A DNA stretch of 64,000 nt, from NCBI RefSeq assembly GCF_001194135.2, contig NC_068987.1, positions 93,950,066 through 94,014,065 of the forward strand. Reading direction: 5' to 3'. The position numbers were made by a program, and so were the translations under genes. Source of the stretch: Octopus bimaculoides. Taxonomy: Eukaryota. Shown piece by piece: positions 26,161-39,146 of the stretch. The notes beneath the pieces were generated by a model. That model was not told the DNA's origin, searched no databases, and saw only the letters and a program-made list of their open reading frames with translations. Numbering within the stretch: the first letter of the stretch is position 1; each line of letters opens with the position of its first letter.

Positions 26161-27045
26161 TCGTTCACAAAGCAAGTTGTATGGCTGAATCCGTAGACCG
26201 TCGGATCAATAAATTTTCGCAATATTATTCTTTGTGTACGCTTTCATTTTGAACCTCACCGTTTTTAATTTGTCATTCATTTTTCGATTATCGATAAAAT
26301 ATTTTCTCAGATCCATTCATTTCACTTTGCGTCTCTCTTTTTTTACTAAATGCTGACATTCTACCAATGTGGTAAGCTGTTCAAAATGGTAACACATTAG
26401 AACGACTAATTTGTTGTTTGTTTTCTCCTGTGGCAACATCCTAAGTTCGATTCTTCCATGGGTCGATACTGGTTTAATTCCACTTGATATTGGAAATGTG
26501 TCAATCACAAGGTGCAGTTAACTCATTTAACTATAAACGTGTTGGGTTCTCGACAGCGAAATCGAGAATTGGTCAAAATGTCGTCAGTTAGTCGTTCTTG
26601 TTCTTGACGTTCTGGGTTTCATACTGTGAAGTTCAACTTTGACTTATATTCTTCTGAGTTTCATAAATAAAAAACTTCCTAGTTCAGTATTTGTATCAAT
26701 TTAATCAACAGTAGAGGCTGAAGTCCCTGAAGCTGTCCACAGTTGCTTTTAAATTCTTTATGGCAATTCAGCTCGAGCAATGATACTGGTGCTGAGTTCT
26801 ATGACTCTTTGACCTTCTAAGCAATATTTTATAACGCTTGGGTAATTGCTGATCTTCCATTCGACATTGCTAAGGCCTGAACCCTCTTTTGATTAATATT
26901 CATGGTTTCTCTTGATGTAAGCTATTATCATTATTATTAATAATTTTTATATGAAGGCACACATGTATCAGAAACTGTAGGTTATTGAATTTACATATCT
27001 TTCAGACTTAGTTTGCTGTTGTTTGGTTCTAACTGAACACGGGAA

Positions 27046-27180
27046 AGTGCCATGGCCTAGTGAATAGGTTATAAAATCTCACCATAAAGCTATCGGTTCA
27101 ATTCCTTAACTGGCAGCTCGTTGTGACCTTCAGCAAGGCATTTGTTTCTCATTGCCCCAGTCAACTCAGCTGTCAATCAA
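27046..27180 (+). mobile_element. SINE family 3 head (tRNA-derived)
   Basis: TGGCCTAGTG A-box-like, GGTTCAATTCC B box, then GTTGTGACCTTCAGCAAGGCA CORE-like segment. Confidence 0.6.
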
Positions 27181-28443
27181 GTTTCTCACACATGCCTTCA
27201 TATCACTCTATTTTTATGATTCATTTAACATTATCATCTCTAAACATGAAAAATTTTCAGTTGGTTTAATTCATCTCAGAATCGATTCGCGGCATCATTT
27301 GTAAGTGAAATATTTCTGTACAAAACTTGTAACATTCTTCCACGTTTTTAAGCAAGCAGAGTCCCTTAATAATATTCATGTGTTTGTTGATTTGTTCAAC
27401 AAAAATTTTATCGAAAGATTCCTAATTTGACCAAAGCTCTGCAACAGAATTATTTCCCCTTTCAATTTGTTGACTGCATGCGAAACACATTCATTAACAA
27501 GCGCAAGGCCCAGAGGTAAATTTCATTCGTTTCATTCTCAAAGAATATTACTAATTGCCGTTATTGGTTTGTCCTGTGTTAAAAAAGAAGAATTTCGAGT
27601 CAGAAATCATCTGTATAACCTAGCGATGCCGAGTAAAAGTGACTTCCAGTTTTCAATAAGTAAGGTGTTTCCTTTATTCAACTTCAACAAAATCAGAAAT
27701 CTTGAGATGAAAGCAAAAAATTTACGCTAAAAGAAAACGAAACGAAAATTTTCCATACCAAGATCGATTAAATCTGTAACATTCTGTTCAGCAACCGACT
27801 GCAATACATAAATTTTGTTTCAAATATTTCCTTCAAATTTGAAAACATGTTATCACTGTCTTCATAATGCCTGAAAACTCCAAACATTGAACTGTACTTG
27901 TGACTTAAAAATATAAAGCATTTCCCAAAGAGACCGTTTTCTCTTCTGAGTCTACATAATTAGAAATTGTGTCTTCACTTTCATTTAATGTATTCTCTAA
28001 CTCCGTCAACTTTGACTATGAAACAATTTTTATGGTTAATGTCTCGAAATAATTACAGGAAATAGGTTTACGGAATTGGTGAATTCCATATTTAACAATT
28101 GCATAAAGTATTCCTTTATTGTCTTCGACTTAACCTAGTGCAGTGGTTAGAAAGGAATAGTAATCGTTTCTGGTTTTGTTCGGACACTGGAAAACTTCTT
28201 TGCCATCCCAGAATCAGAGAAACTTTTATTTATTTATACTTTATTCAAACTTTGCAGATGAACGGGTTATGGATGCGAAGCTCCAGTAGAGATAACTGCA
28301 TCTTTTTTGCATTCTTCGGTTGAAAAACCATAAAACACATATGTCAACTTGACAATTTTCTCTATTCTTGAACTGGTTCTTTTCGTTTGTATGAATTCGC
28401 ATGTATTTAGATGTCGAACAGGTAAAGTCATCAGAGAATGTGA

Positions 28444-28548
28444 TCAAATGATTTTGTTCCAACTTACTTGCACTCCTAGTTCAATTCCTGCTGAGATCAA
28501 CTTTACTATTCATCATTTTGGAGTCGATCAGATGAAATCCCAGCCGAG
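28444..28548 (+). mobile_element. Old SINE family 1 fragment
   Basis: AGTTCAATTCCTGCTGAGATCAACTTTACTATTCATCATTTTGGAGTCGAT is a diverged version of the family 1 core. Confidence 0.55.
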
Positions 28549-30263
28549 GTCGGTGGATTAGCGGAATTGCAGAATTTTTCCTGTTTTTTTTGTTGTTGCT
28601 TTTCCTTAATTCTTAACTTTTGGGATTTTATCCTGCGCTTTGATTAGATCTACTACCCTTTGATTCTTGAACAACTTTATTCCATTCATTTGCAAGCATT
28701 TGGAGTGACATCTTTGATTTGAGAAGAAGTACGTTTCCTCTCCTCAGTTTCGAAAATTAAACGACCATGTTTCCTGCTCTTCTTTCTCTAAAGTAGTAGA
28801 AAATAGGAAGAAAAAGCATAATTCCTGTTTTTTGCCATATTTACATCCTGATTTACATATCAAACGGTGCACTTTTTATTCCTTTCTGCTTCTCCTAAAC
28901 CATGAAACGTTGCTCTGAAATGATTTTACAATTGTATTTGGATATTTCGTCTGTGGGTTTTTGCGGTGCCGATTTATGCCCTGGAAAACAAATCGTAAAC
29001 AGTTGTTGGAACAGCAAACACTCTTACAACAAAATCTATGATCAAATACTGTTGCTGCAAGCTCAAGCTAAAGGCTTGGCAACAACCGGTCACCGTGACA
29101 GTTGTAAAGGAAAAGACCCGGTTCAGTCTGAAATTTAAAAATTGCTAAAATACCCGAAACGCAGAACAAGAAAAAGCAAACTCTACAATAAGTCTCAAGA
29201 AAAGAAAAGCAACAACTGATTTGTGGCTGTAGTAGTACTAAACAGGAAAACCATTACAAGATGAGTGTTTGAAGAAATAAGCAATACGTGGCACCACCAT
29301 GTTAATTCCAAAGGAGGTAGAAAGGAACAAATTTCTAACCTGATTTTTCTCGTCTGTCCCAAATATCTAATCTATTGCACTTGGTAGACGATCTGATGGT
29401 AACGTTCCTCGTAAATTCCCTGTATATATCCAGTAATAGATGTGTTACTTATATCCCAGTGAAGTCTTTTTTTTTTTCTGCGGATCATGTTGTACATTGT
29501 TTGGTGGCAAATAGAGATAACACTTCCATAACAACCGCCACTTCATATATTCTATGATCTCGACCGAAGACTGACATCCTCGACATTTACGATTTCTTCA
29601 GTCGATATTTCGTCCAAGAGCATTTATATCTAAAGTTAATATTTTAATCTTCCTCATGTGGTGGGGAGAGGAATATCATTCAATAATCTTTTTGTAGAAG
29701 GCAAAATTTGTTTTATTTTGCTGAAGTAAACCCGTCCTGCACATCTGGATTCACATAAGAAGTCACCAGGAAGTGGAATTTTCACGAAAACTCATTTCCC
29801 GAGCCGAACGATGTTATTCCTTTTATTGTTCAGCATTTGGTTGTCGCCATTATTTAGCTGGTGCCAAATGTTGTTGAAAGGTTGTCTACACTTAAGTCTC
29901 TTTCTCAATTCGATTAAATCTGTCAGTATCACAGTTTGTGTGACAGTTTGCAATTGATGTCAGGATCTTGAAGGTATTCATAGCGATTCAACGAGTTTCC
30001 TCTACAAACCATTCAAATATCCTAATTGTCGGTATTAATGTGGGTACTGAAAATGCATTATGGGCTATTACCTTGAAAGAAAAAAGCTATGAGTGCCATG
30101 TTGTCTTTAATATTCTTTGCTTACTCCACTATTATTCTCTTTATTCGCAGCACCTTTGTACGATATATTTCATTCATATTTGTAAAAGTCATTGTGTGGA
30201 GTAAGAGAGATGGAGAGGGACTACTGATGCAAAGATCTGGGGTTTGGAAAATAGTTTTCCTCT

Positions 30264-30420
30264 GTATGTATGTATGTATGTATGTATGTATGTATGTATG
30301 TATGTAGGTAGGCAGGTAGGTAGGTAGGTAGGTAGGTAGGTAGGTAGGTAGGTAGGTAGGTAGGTAGGTAGGTAGGTAGGTAGGGAGGTAGGTAGGCAGG
30401 TAGGTAGGTAGGTAAGTAGG
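30264..30420. repeat. Compound (TATG)n-(TAGG)n tetranucleotide microsatellite
   Basis: Visible runs. Confidence 0.97.
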
Positions 30421-30669
30421 TTCTCTTTGTTTTTAATTTAACATAAATTTTGACCGGCCATGTACTTGGTAGCAAAGTTGTGAAGAAAAGCATGTCCTTC
30501 TATCGCAATCTTTTGTAGCCTCTTCCCAAGAACCTAAAGTCAGCTTTGCTCTGCTCGAGACGGGGAGGTACATATCCTTCCTATGTATAGAAGCACGTAT
30601 ATAAGCATGCATGAATGAATGCACTCATGCAGGCAGCTTGACATTTACTGTAAGCAAAGGATACATTAC

Positions 30670-30815
30670 ACAGTTAGTCAAGTTGCTAGAAATAGCAGCC
30701 AAGTTACCCTCAAACCCATTCTCTATAATGCTCAGCACGGAGAAATTTTATAACATAGGCTAGGGTAATAATATAATTGAGAAAAGGACGGGATGGCCAT
30801 GGTTACAGTAAATGG
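30670..30815 (+). repeat. Interspersed repeat family 4 fragment
   Basis: GTTGCTAGAAATAGCAGCCAAGTTACCCTCAAA...GACGGGATGGCCATGG. Confidence 0.55.
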
Positions 30816-30997
30816 TCAAATAAACAGTAATAAACGGCGATTCATCCGTCCGAAGGTCACCTAATCCATGAAGAGGGAGGGACATTTGTTTGAGCAAAAG
30901 TGCGGTTCGCATTGTAAGACCCGAAATTATAAAGATACAATTCCGGTCGCAAACTTGAACTCGGGTAACATAAATACAGTGTAGATTACGACCACAT

Positions 30998-31032
<35 letters not shown>

Positions 31033-32292
31033 NNNNNNNNNNNNNNNNNNNNNNNNNNNNNNNNNNNNNNNNNNNNNNNNNNNNNNNNNNNNNNNNNNNN
31101 NNNNNNNNNNNNNNNNNNNNNNNNNNNNNNNNNNNNNNNNNNNNNNNNNNNNNNNNNNNNNNNNNNNNNNNNNNNNNNNNNNNNNNNNNNNNNNNNNNNN
31201 NNNNNNNNNNNNNNNNNNNNNNNNNNNNNNNNNNNNNNNNNNNNNNNNNNNNNNNNNNNNNNNNNNNNNNNNNNNNNNNNNNNNNNNNNNNNNNNNNNNN
31301 NNNNNNNNNNNNNNNNNNNNNNNNNNNNNNNNNNNNNNNNNNNNNNNNNNNNNNNNNNNNNNNNNNNNNNNNNNNNNNNNNNNNNNNNNNNNNNNNNNNN
31401 NNNNNNNNNNNNNNNNNNNNNNNNNNNNNNNNNNNNNNNNNNNNNNNNNNNNNNNNNNNNNNNNNNNNNNNNNNNNNNNNNNNNNNNNNNNNNNNNNNNN
31501 NNNNNNNNNNNNNNNNNNNNNNNNNNNNNNNNNNNNNNNNNNNNNNNNNNNNNNNNNNNNNNNNNNNNNNNNNNNNNNNNNTTACATATATATATATATA
31601 TATAGTGGTTATGTACATTTTAATATTTGTGTAAATTATATGTAACTATGTTTTACACAGAGACACATACGCATACATACGCACACACACACACGCGCGC
31701 ACACACACAAACACACACAAACTGACAGAGGGAGAGAGAGAAGAGAAGCGGAAATTTAAGTGAGAGGAATGTGATAAAGAATGAATTGTTTACAGGAGAC
31801 AAAACAAGCAGAAAAATGGACAGAAGGAAATAACGAAAGAGAAAAAGAATAGAAGGAAGACAGTGAGAGAGAGAGAGAGAGAGAGAGTGAGAGAGAGAGA
31901 GAAAGCGAAAGAGAGGAAGACAATTTAGAGAGAAGGGAGAAAGTGTAGAAGGAAGTAGAAAAGAAAGAAACGAAAGAAAAAGAAGAAAATATGTTAGAAA
32001 ACAAAGACAGAAAGATAGAAGACAAAAGAAAGAAAGAGATAAAGAGAGGAAGAAGAAAGAACGAGTGCAGAGAAGAAAGCTGCAAGGGAAGGTGGTGGTG
32101 GTGGTGGTGGTTGTGTTGGATGGTGCTGCATTTGATTGATGGATATTCCTGGGAAACAAAATGCTTAGAAGTGAAACCATTTTGGAGAAAAATGGTTTTG
32201 TGTGAGGAAAGCAACGAAGCGTGAAGCCAGTCGGCCAACAATAAATATATTTCTTCTATAAATAAAACATGAACAGTAATAACAAGAACCAA

Positions 32293-32324
<32 letters not shown>

Positions 32325-32827
32325 ATAGAGTATGGTTGGTAGAAGTGGTGGTAGACGATATGGCAGTGGTGGTGGTGGTAGTGGCTGTGGGAAGTTGTGT
32401 ATAGGGGCAGCAGAGATGGAGAGGAGGATGGTAGTGTTATTTGCTGTGGTTGTGTTGTAGCAGAGGCGGTAGTTGTGGTGGTAGAAGTAGCGGCAGTAGT
32501 AGAGATGTTGTGCAAGTTATGATTGTGTCGGTAGTAGTAGGTCCTGAAGTACGTAGTTTCGGTTGTAGTGGTGGGATTGTAGCTGGTGATGATGTAGTCG
32601 AAGATGGCGGTAGCGAAGATGGCGGTGATGTTGTTTGTGGTGTAAACATCAGTAGAAAGTAGTGATGTAATAGAAGTAATTAGACTGTTGTTGCTGTTGT
32701 TGTTGTTGTTGTATAACCCCAAGTCAACCCTAAGAAAAGAAACTTAGAGGGAAAAGCGCTCCAGCCTACCACGGTCAAATCTTCTTTTTTCCTTTTTAGG
32801 CACTGGGGGGGGGGGCTGTGGGATTTT

Positions 32828-33022
32828 GGCTGAAGGTGAGCAATTTTGAAGGGAGAAGTAAAGACGATTATATCGATCCCAGAGTGCAATACTGATTTAT
32901 GTTATCGACCCCGAGAGGGAAAAAGGCAAAGCTAATCACGGCATGAATTGAGCTCAAAACGTAAACAGTGGAAAGAAATGCTGCTAAGCAATTTGTCCGA
33001 CGCACTGACTCGGTCTGCTAGC
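32828..33022 (-). mobile_element. SINE family 1 copy, apparently nested in a minus-strand family 4 repeat (32700-33130)
   Basis: Family 1 core TTATCGACCCCGAGAGGGAAAAAGGCAAAG, flanked by the family 4 tail (32700-32770) and body (33030-33130). Confidence 0.7.
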
Positions 33023-33259
33023 TTAAGACACAATGTAATTAAGATTACATTTTGTAAGGCTGCAATGTGTCTTCAAGATTTAAGAAGTTAAAGCGTGATT
33101 TGAGGGTGAGATTTGACTGTCGTTTCTAACATACTGTGTATAGTGTAAAGCTATTTAGTCGCGATTTCTATTCTTAAGTCTGGCACTTCCTCCGTTATAT
33201 TAATGACTCTGCGTTATTTGTCCCCGTTCAAAACTTTCATTTGAATCCACGTCCAGAAA

Positions 33260-33268
33260 GAAAGGACG

Positions 33269-33321
<53 letters not shown>

Positions 33322-33340
33322 TATAATGACGATGATGATG

Positions 33341-33381
<41 letters not shown>

Positions 33382-33466
33382 TTCTAACTTGTCTCTTGAG
33401 GTCTCTGGGTGAGACTTGGATCCAACTTGTACAAATGCAAAACAAAAGTCAAACAAAATAATAGTA

Positions 33467-33519
<53 letters not shown>

Positions 33520-33760
33520 GATGATGATGATGATGACGACGATGATGATGACGATGATGATGATGATGGAGATGGAGGAAGGGGAGGAGGAGGAGTAGGA
33601 GAAGAAGAAGAAGAAGAAGAAGAAGAAGAAGAAGAAGAAAAAGAAGAAGAAGAAGAAAGAGGAAGAGGAGAAGAAGAAGACGAAGAAGAAGAAGAAGAAG
33701 AAGAAGAGGAGAAGAAGAAAGAGGAGAAGAAGAAAGAGGAGGAAGGACATGGAAATGCCA
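33260..33760. repeat. Compound (TAA)n/(GAT)n/(GAA)n array
   Basis: Visible runs. These are the source of the poly-D/E, poly-S and poly-I ORFs in the track. Confidence 0.95.
33381..33456 (+). mobile_element. Probable 3'-UTR-only R4/Dong-like insertion in (TAA)n
   Basis: A 76-bp unique island inside a TAA array, with stem-loop AGGTCTC-TGGGT-GAGACTT and an A-rich end running back into TAA. The assignment is by analogy with the elements at 47.4 and 59.4 kb. Confidence 0.4.
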
Positions 33761-33990
33761 AAAGTTGTATTTAATTTGAAGTGAGAGTTGGTTGGAGGCA
33801 CTTGTCATGCGGTAGGTAGGCAGGGTGGGAGAGAGAGAGAGAGATTAGGTGGAATCAATTGTGGTGGTCTTTGAGAGGGTGGGGGAGTCCTTATTGATAG
33901 GTGGTGGTGGTGGTGTTAATATGGACGAGATGGCTTGGTGCTGGAAGATGAGCGGTGTGACGGAATGTAAGAGATGATTATTATTATCAA

Positions 33991-34235
33991 GGCGGTGACC
34001 TGTCAGAATCCATAAGTATGCCGGACAAAATGCTTGGCATCATTATGTTCTGAGTTCGAATTACGACAAGCTGGACTTAGCCTTTCGCCCTCTCAGGATC
34101 GACAAAATAAGTACCAGATGAGAACTGTTAAAACGCAAAGTCGACCTCGGCGGAATTTGAACTCAGAACGTAGCGGCAGACGAAATACTGCTAAGTATTT
34201 CACCGGGCGTGCTAACGTTCCTGCCAGCACACCGC
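33991..34235. mobile_element. Two partial SINE family 1 copies in inverted orientation (33991-34117 +, 34136-34235 -)
   Basis: Plus-strand head through AATAAGTACCAG, an 18-bp spacer, then the reverse complement of a head ending CCAGCACACCGC. Confidence 0.88.
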
Positions 34236-34574
34236 TTTAATTTTTGCGATTTATTAGAAACGATTAATATCGTTAGAGGTGGCGACGTTGGTGGAGGTGG
34301 CGCTGTTGGATGTAATGTGTTTGTTACTGATATTGTTGTCTAGCCTCAAATTAGTCCCAATTCAGCAAACTTATGATAAAAGGTTTACCAAGCGTGACCA
34401 TCACGTCCATTTTGTATATAGAGGCTCGAAATACCAACCAACCTGTCGTTTGTTGCGACAGTAGGATGGGTACTGCTAAATGTAGCAGATCAGCGAGAGA
34501 CCAGCCGAAGGTTTCACTCTTGGTTTACCTACGTTCGAGGCGAAGACTATTGTGGAGGTTGAAGGGGATGGGAA

Positions 34575-34647
34575 ACAACAGCAGCAGAAGCAGCAGCAGT
34601 GGCGGCGGCGGCAGCAGCAGCAGTAGCAGCAGCAGCAGCAGCGGTAT

Positions 34648-34698
<51 letters not shown>

Positions 34699-34925
34699 GC
34701 TGATGTTGTTGTTATTGGGTAGCGGTGGTAGTGGCGGAGATGTTTGAAAATGACCAAAACAAAACAACAAAAGGCCGAAGAGAAAAAGAGGAAGGGGAGA
34801 AAAATGTGCCGGTGAAAAGGAAGAGGGAAGAGGAAGGAGAAGAAGAAGAAGAAGAAGAAGAAGAAGAAGAAGAAGAAGAAGAAGAAGAAGAAGAAGAAGA
34901 AGAAGAAGAAGAAGAAGAAGAAATG
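34575..34925. repeat. (CAG)/(TAG)n and (GAA)n arrays
   Basis: Visible runs. Confidence 0.93.
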
Positions 34926-35328
34926 CAAAAAGTGCAGTAGGCGTCGAAAACCCTGCCCAAAATACCAACAATAACTATAAAAATGATGCCAATGGTGACA
35001 AGAGAAAACTAAAGCATTCTTGTAAAATGTCTAAATGGAAGGACAAAAATAAATAAACAAGGAAAACGAAAGGGCAACCGCCAAGAATTCTACATGGAAA
35101 TCGATAGCGTTCTTTCAATTCCGATTATTGTTTTTCTTTATTTAAGGAACCGTAAGAACCTACTCAACATTTACAGTGCTTAAATACCATTGATGGTGCC
35201 ACTAGCACCAGCACATTACCAATTTTCTAAAGTACATTTATGTATATATGTACGCATGTGTATATGTATATGTGTGTGTGTGTGTGTCTGTATGTCTCTG
35301 TCTATATATGTCTGTATATATGTATATA

Positions 35329-35363
<35 letters not shown>

Positions 35364-35727
35364 NNNNNNNNNNNNNNNNNNNNNNNNNNNNNNNNNNNNN
35401 NNNNNNNNNNNNNNNNNNNNNNNNNNNNNNNNNNNNNNNNNNNNNNNNNNNNNNNNNNNNNNNNNNNNNNNNNNNNNNNNNNNNNNNNNNNNNNNNNNNN
35501 NNNNNNNNNNNNNNNNNNNNNNNNNNNNNNNNNNNNNNNNNNNNNNNNNNNNNNNNNNNNNNNNNNNNNNNNNNNNNNNNNNNNNNNNNNNNNNNNNNNN
35601 NNNNNNNNNNNNNNNNTACAGTGCTTAAATACCATTGATGGTGCCACTAGCACCAGCACATTACCAATTTTCTAAAGTACATTTATGTATATATGTACGC
35701 ATGTGTATATGTATATGTGTGTGTGTG

Positions 35728-36256
35728 CAGGGGCGGTGAATAAACTGTCGTCTAAATTACGCAAAAATGAAAATAACATTGACGTCTCACTTTATCGGAT
35801 ATATCTGCGTAAACATATCTTGAAATAGTAAAGAGTAAATTTATTCAATAAAATCGCCATTGGCTTCATCCAAGATCTCCAGACGACTTTGGAATCTCCT
35901 GCAACTCTTCGGAACAGTCTCCTTGTCATCAGTTCATCTCTAGTGTCACAAGGAGTTTTGTTGGTCTCTCGCTCAACTGCAACCCACATATAAATAATAG
36001 ACATGGGGGTTGCATTCTGGGGATCTAGATGACCAAATGTTAAGTGTGATGTGGTCGCAGAAATTGCCTGACAGCCATGACTGGATTCTCTAGCATGTAT
36101 AGCACGGTGGAGAGTCCTGTTGCCAGACACAGGGCTTTCCAGCAGCCATCTCCTTGACCCAGGACAGCACAACTTCCTCCAGGCACTTGATGTAGGCCTC
36201 TGTGGGAAAATGAATGGAGGCATAACGTCGCCATCACTAGTGATCACTCCAAACAA
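35728..36256 (-). mobile_element. Tc1/mariner DD37D (maT-type) transposon remnant: 3' transposase and one TIR
   Basis: Minus strand FGVITSDGDVMPPFIFP / TEAYIKCLEEVVLSWVK..AGKPCVWQQDS...IWSSRSPECNP / SCRRFQSRLEILDEANGDFIE*. There are 37 residues between the QQD aspartate and the position of the third catalytic D. The TIR starts CAGGGGCGGTGAATAAA. Confidence 0.88.
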
Positions 36257-37253
36257 AAAATAATCTTAACTGGATATTCGACTTTTTATCATTATCGATA
36301 AATGTCCTCAAATTCCCCTGTCCTCAGATTGACACATGAACACTTTGAAACGTTCGTAGTGGAGATTCCGACGTGAATCCCAAGCATTGCAGCATGTTAT
36401 TTCCAACTTTCTGGAAACGTGAATTTTGTCATGGTACTGTTTTGCTCACAGACGGTACTGTTTTGCTCACGTACGGACCCGAGTTTTAGGGTTATTTCCC
36501 TTCTTCAGCGTACGATATATATATATGCATGTATGGATGGATGGATGTATGTATGTATATACGTATGTATGTATATTTAAATGAAACATTTATATTTGAA
36601 TATATTACACAGTATGCCATTCTAGATTTGACGATGGTAAATAATACTTTGGAGGATGTTTGTGATCTATTTCTTGCAAATAAGTGTTTGTCCCCGATTG
36701 TCCCTTCCGTTGACAATCAAGATCCCAGCTTGGCAGTATTGACAGAATTAGCGGTCAAAAATGTCTTCTCGTATATTGGTTACATCTTTTCAGCTTCTCA
36801 TTTCAAATGGAAAAAAAAAGCCTCAGGTATTGTTTCCTCTCTCTGGTTTCGATATAACAAGTGCTTGTCAAGTTCTAGAATAGATTTATAGATTTGGACA
36901 TATATATTATATATATATTTTTTATTTATATATATATATATATNNNNNNNNNNNNNNNNNNNNNNNNNNNNNNNNNNNNNNNNNNNNNNNNNNNNNNNNN
37001 NNNNNNNNNNNNNNNNNNNNNNNNNNNNNNNNNNNNNNNNNNNNNNNNNNNNNNNNNNNNNNNNNNNNNNNNNNNNNNNNNNNNNNNNNNNNNNNNNNNN
37101 NNNNNNNNNNNNNNNNNNNNNNNNNNNNNNNNNNNNNNNNNNNNNNNNNNNNNNNNNNNNNNNNNNNNNNNNNNNNNNNNNNNNNNNNNNNNNNNNNNNN
37201 NNNNNNNNNNNNNNNNNNNNNNNNNNNNNNNNNNNNNNNNNNNNNNNNNNNNN

Positions 37254-37293
<40 letters not shown>

Positions 37294-38620
37294 TGTTTTT
37301 GCAAGTATATATGTATACATGTCTGATGTTGGACTCGAACTTGTATGTACATATATAAATGCATGCAGAAATACACGCGCGCACGGATACACACACATAC
37401 ATTCACACAAATACGCGCACATACATTCACACATATACATTTGCTGAACGATTTCAGTGAGTATTAGGAAAAAGGTTTGTGCTACATTTTGTATCCGCAT
37501 AATTTAGATTACGCTATTTCAAATGCCAGTGCCCCCCACCCCTCTGAAATTACTGGGTGTTTGTGTAGGCAAACGATGTAAAAGTGGCTGGAAGCTGCCA
37601 GTGAATATGCTGACTGTCTTCTGATGCTTGTTGTCTGCACGTTCTTCTGATAACATCTATTATCGTCTTACAATGATTGTTAGTAAAATAACTACCATGG
37701 AGTATTCATATCCTTTATGTCTTCTATATACACATTATTCAAAATTAAACGCCGTGCATCGTTTTCAGCAAATATGTTTAGTTATATTTAATATTTATAA
37801 CATTAATACCTCTAAAACCTGTTTATTTTCACCAAACAACAGCTCTAGCTGAATATGAAATCAGCAGAGATCGATCTGATAAAACTTTATGTTAGAAGGA
37901 CTTTAGAAGCGTTTGTATATCCAGGATAATAATCACTGGAATCCAGTTTTAGGACATCATAATTTTTCTCAGTCGGAATTATATTTAGTTTCACAAACTG
38001 AAAAAAAGCTACGTGAAAATTACAGTTTCGAATTACTGACAGTCACCCTCTGCTCACCGGATGGTATTGTTTGTAGCCTGTTTTAGTGAAAGGCTGTTTT
38101 TGAAATATTCTATTCTTACTGGTGAATTAACTGAAGCATTTGACATTTCTTTGTATGCTAATGCATCGGGAATTTAGAGTTTCTGGACACGAACCAGCTT
38201 CGGTTTGACTGTCGATTTTTTTGCCAAATACTTGCAAAACAGTTGCCATTTAAAGAGTTCTTCTATCACTGATAAGTATTAAATAGGTTTAATTACATCA
38301 CGTTTTAAAAACTCTGTAGGTTTTAAAGAAAAGTACAAGGTTTAATATATGTGTCACTCTAAATCGACGAAAAATTGATTGATTTGGTCATGTGAACAAT
38401 TCTATTTCTTCAAAGCCAACCAATGTAGATGTCAAATTTATTTAGTTATTCTTACTTCTCTACTCTGTCAAGTCTTAGCTTAGCTGATAAGGTCACAATA
38501 GTATCGAAACAATTCCTAGTTACCTCCCGTACTTGCTAAATTAGTCGCTCACTAATATTGGTTTTTTCGCCATTGCATAACTTATTTCTAATTCGCTTTT
38601 ATTTTTACATTTCCAGTAAT

Positions 38621-38814
38621 AATGGTTTCTAATTTTGGCCCAAGGCCAGCAATTCTAGGGGGGGGGGGGCAGTCGATTACCTCGACCCCAGTACTCAGCT
38701 TTTATTGAGCCAGGAAGTATGCAAGGCAAAGTCGACCTCGGTTGAATTTGAACTCCGAACGAAAAGACGGACGAAATGCCGCTAATCGTCCAAACGATTC
38801 TGCCAGCTCGCCGC
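38621..38814 (-). mobile_element. SINE family 1 copy
   Basis: GGCAAAGTCGACCTCGG, GAATTTGAACTC and GATTCTGCCAGCTCGCCGC. Confidence 0.88.
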
Positions 38815-39146
38815 ATTCACGTCTCTAGCAATATTTAAGACAAACTGAAATTATTGCTTGTGTAGAATGAAACAAAGAAAATACATTCGATAAGATTAAC
38901 TTTCTTACATGACAGGACATTTCTGACTAGAAAAGTGAAACGGGAACTGAATGAAATTCAGCAACGTTTTAAGTGAATTCTGTGAGACGGAATTCTATTC
39001 TAAAAATATTTAATGATTCACTCTTTATTTCTTGAATTATAATTATCATCGAATATATTTAGTTAGGACGTTCGTTCTTTGACCGTTTTCACTCGAGTAA
39101 ATTTTTTTTTTTACTTCACTTCTCATTATCAGGTAACTGTTGCTGT

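Noticed and set aside
28258-28323. Good acceptor TTTGCAG| followed by ATG
   Set aside because: All frames close quickly and there is no donor.
35172-35727. ~110-bp exact duplication (from 35172 and from 35617)
   Set aside because: The copies flank gap 35364-35616 and the second starts exactly at the gap edge. This is probably contig overlap or uncollapsed alleles, not a target-site duplication.
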